From the IMG/VR virus record IMGVR_UViG_3300025122_000013, positions 138-64,137 of that record: a DNA stretch of 64,000 nt. One strand, 5' to 3'. Source of the stretch: a virus. Taxonomy: Duplodnaviria > Caudoviricetes. The notes beneath the pieces are model-generated. The model saw only the letters and a program-made list of their open reading frames with translations, made no database searches and was not told the origin of the DNA. The position numbers were made by a program, and so were the translations under genes. This document shows, piece by piece, positions 63,880-64,000 of the stretch (its first letter is position 1; each line of letters opens with the position of its first letter).

Positions 63880-64000
63880 CTAAAAGTTTGATCCAAAGAA
63901 AATAGAGCCACCTTCTTGTCCCGCATCCTCTGCTATATTTCCCATATCAATGCTTTGTGCTCTTCCATTCCACTCTTGACCGCTTTGGAACCTCTCTACT
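63880..64000 (-). CDS. 3' end of an upstream gene (partial)
   Basis: Open frame ...VERFQSGQEWNGRAQSIDMGNIAEDAGQEGGSIFFGSNF* entering from the right edge. Confidence 0.5.
   Translation of the reverse strand, partial: VERFQSGQEWNGRAQSIDMGNIAEDAGQEGGSIFFGSNF

Noticed and set aside
1-64000. Alternative genetic code (stop-codon reassignment)
   Set aside because: Coding density is near complete under the standard code, and TAA, TAG and TGA all end conserved genes at the expected places.
1-64000. CRISPR arrays, tRNAs, rRNA, IS elements, diversity-generating retroelement
   Set aside because: Intergenic gaps are short (mostly under 160 bp). I saw no repeat-spacer pattern, cloverleaf, transposase or reverse transcriptase by eye.

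Overview
A 64 kb segment of a large T4-like (myovirus, probably jumbo) tailed bacteriophage. It is AT-rich, uses the standard genetic code and carries essentially all real genes on the minus strand. In transcription order (right to left): baseplate/tail-collar and Fn3/LamG-type virion genes; RuvC, primase and a fused Mre11-Rad50 (gp47-gp46/SbcDC); large terminase, portal, prohead protease, small head-core proteins, scaffold and major capsid protein; a tubulin/FtsZ-superfamily (PhuZ-like) gene; neck proteins, tail terminator, two paralogous tail sheaths, tail tube, tail chaperone, tape measure and baseplate hub genes; then a minimal PolA, a degenerate HD protein, a probable head protein, gp32 SSB, RecA/UvsX, RNase H-type 5'-3' exonuclease, DnaB/gp41 helicase and a class II ribonucleotide reductase cut by the window edge. 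Most notable: (1) an unannotated 75-codon -1-frame extension behind an A11G-TAG slippery site, which would add a lysine-rich tail to a probable head protein; (2) a candidate +1/-2 frameshift in the tail chaperone; (3) a GC-rich, pseudoknot-capable leader that can pair over a start codon; (4) a tubulin with no C-terminal tail and an acidic N-terminal extension next to the capsid gene; (5) a recurring [GA]ATANNTA motif before structural genes, contrasting with sigma70-like promoters before replication genes; (6) a tail-collar domain apparently split between genes; (7) [ST][GAS]S enrichment in virion proteins. All assignments come from motif recognition by eye; no database search was run.
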